Shown piece by piece: positions 62,985 to 64,000 of a stretch of 64,000 nt of DNA. The position numbers were made by a program, and so were the translations under genes. The notes beneath the pieces are model-generated. The model searched no databases and was not told the origin of the DNA. It was given only the letters and a program-made list of their open reading frames with translations. Source of the DNA: Cenococcum geophilum. Taxonomy: Eukaryota. Location of the stretch: the NCBI GenBank assembly GCA_050273025.1, contig CP158635.1:17298001-17362000 (forward strand). The letters run 5' to 3'. Position 1 is the first letter of the stretch, and each line of letters starts with the position of its first letter.

Positions 62985-64000
62985 GCTAGTCGTTGTCGTC
63001 TAGCTCTGGCGACGGTTGTCTAGTTCTGGCAACGGTCGTCTGGTTCTGGCGACGGTCGTCTGGCTCTGGCAACGGTCGTCTAGTTCTGGTAACGGTCGTC
63101 TGGTTCTGGCGACGGTCGTCTGGTTCTGGCGACGGTCGTCTGGTTCTGGTAACGGTCGTCTGGCTGGCGACGGTCGTCTGGTTCTGGCGACGGTCGTCTG
63201 GTTCTGGTAACGGTCGTCTGGCTGGCGACGGTCGTCTGGTTCTGGCGACAGTCGTCTGGTTCTGGTAACGGTCGTCTGGCTGGCGACGGTCGTCTGGTTC
63301 TGGCGACGATCGTCTGGCTCTGGCAACGGTCGTCTGGTTCTGGTAACGGTCGTCTGGCTGGCGACGGTCGTCTAGTTCTGGCGACGGTCGTCTGGTTCTG
63401 GTGACAGTCGTCTGGTTCTAGCGACGGTCGTCTGGCTCTGGCAACGGTCGTCTGGTTCTGGTAACGGTCGTCTGGCTGGCGACGGTCGTCTGGTTCTGGC
63501 GACAGTCGTCTGGTTCTGGTAACGGTCGTCTGGCTGGCGACGGTCGTCTGGTTCTGGTAACGGTCGTCTGGCTGGCGACGGTCGTCTGGTTCTGGCGACG
63601 ATCGTCTGGCTCTGGCAACGGTCGTCTGGTTCTGGTAACGGTCGTCTGGCTGGCGACGGTCGTCTGGTTCTGGCGACGGTCGTCTGGTTCTGGTGACAGT
63701 CGTCTGGTTCTAGCGACGGTCGTCTGGCTCTGGCAACGGTCGTCTGGCTCTGGTAACGGTCGTCTGGCTGGCGACGGTCGTCTGGTTCTGGTAACGGTCG
63801 TCTGGCTGGCGACGGTCGTCTGGTTCTGGTAACGGTCGTCTGGCTGGCGACGGTCGTCTGGTTCTGGCGACGATCGTCTGGCTCTGGCAACGGTCGTCTG
63901 GTTCTGGCGACGGTCGTCTGGCTGGCGATGGTCGTCTGGTTCTGGTAACGGTCATCTGGTTCTGGCGACGGTCGTCTAGTTCTAGCAACGGTCCTCTGCT
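62985..64000. repeat. GC-rich minisatellite of mixed 20-bp (GGTTCTGGCGACGGTCGTCT) and 18-bp (GGCTGGCGACGGTCGTCT) units, running off the window
   Basis: Directly visible. It accounts for all overlapping ORF calls in this interval. Confidence 0.95.

Noticed and set aside
62557..63988. Overlapping ORFs of 64-172 aa in the ORF track
   Set aside because: They are translations of the micro- and minisatellite, open in several frames and on both strands.

Overview
This window is a gene-free nest of transposable elements from a filamentous ascomycete. It is AT-rich and heavily mutated by RIP (TpA is pervasive, CpA/TpG is depleted, and ORFs are full of TAA/TAG stops), and I found no intact host gene. 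In order it holds: two Tad1-like LINEs; a complete chromodomain Ty3/gypsy element (family A, 7602-16507) plus a truncated second copy; the core of an Academ(H)-like DNA transposon (DUF6589-type transposase and RecQ-like helicase) with two tandem intron-containing Zn-cluster-like genes between them; a gag-only non-LTR element; a Crypton; a hAT remnant; two head-to-head Ty1/copia copies; four CCC...GGG MITEs; two small non-autonomous LTR elements with internal repeat arrays; a complete gypsy family B element; solo LTRs; and terminal satellites. Two observations stand out. Gypsy A carries an extra antisense, intron-containing gene for a Cys-rich protein. A non-autonomous LTR element carries two pieces of gypsy A embedded in an array of palindromic repeats. 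All protein calls rest on manual translation with RIP mutations mentally reversed. No database search was run, and boundaries without a TSD are approximate.
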